Assembly: GCA_027486155.1 (NCBI GenBank)
Contig: JAIXPR010000364.1
Location: 1-27,164, forward strand
Length of the DNA stretch: 27,164 nt
Source of the DNA: Pseudomonadota bacterium
GTDB lineage: Bacteria > Bdellovibrionota_C > UBA2361 > OMII01
Direction: 5' to 3'
Below, piece after piece: positions 27,150 to 27,164 of the stretch; the first letter of the stretch is position 1, and every line of letters starts with the position of its first letter. The notes under the pieces are model-generated. The model was given only the letters and a program-made list of their open reading frames with translations, made no database searches and was not told where the DNA came from. Made by a program: the position numbers and the translations under genes.

Positions 27150-27164
27150 GGATCACCTCCTTTC

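Noticed and set aside
27150-27164. 3' end of a 16S rRNA gene (GGATCACCTCCTTTC)
   Set aside because: The upstream sequence lacks the universal helix 44/45 sequence (AAGTCGTAACAAGG...), so this is not an rRNA gene; treated as a minus-strand SD instead.

Overview
A 27 kb bacterial chromosomal segment, probably from a deltaproteobacteria-like lineage (Bdellovibrionota or Myxococcota type; this is inferred only from protein styles). Recognisable genes: PLP Thr/Ser dehydratase, P1B-5-type metal ATPase, TlyA, an RRM RNA-binding protein, a GT4 glycosyltransferase, an M12B-like metalloprotease, MltA, a PhoR/PhoB-like two-component pair and RidA. There is one intact IS4-family element with 16-bp IRs and an 8-bp TSD. 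Four secreted proteins carry Thr-Pro linkers; one is a >=898-aa Cys-rich protein that runs off the left edge and is missing from the supplied ORF track. Most unusual observations: (1) a 2xLysM protein whose catalytic domain looks like a circularly permuted Amidase_3 with Asp in place of one His ligand; (2) a signal-peptide protein ending in a catalytically dead, truncated XerC/D-like domain; (3) an IS4 inserted into a TA-bounded palindromic MITE-like element whose ends coincide with the stop codons of two convergent ORFs; (4) a REP-like family showing compensatory stem changes; (5) an 18-codon minigene behind a perfect 15-nt complement of the 16S rRNA 3' end. All family calls are by-eye motif recognition; no searches were run.
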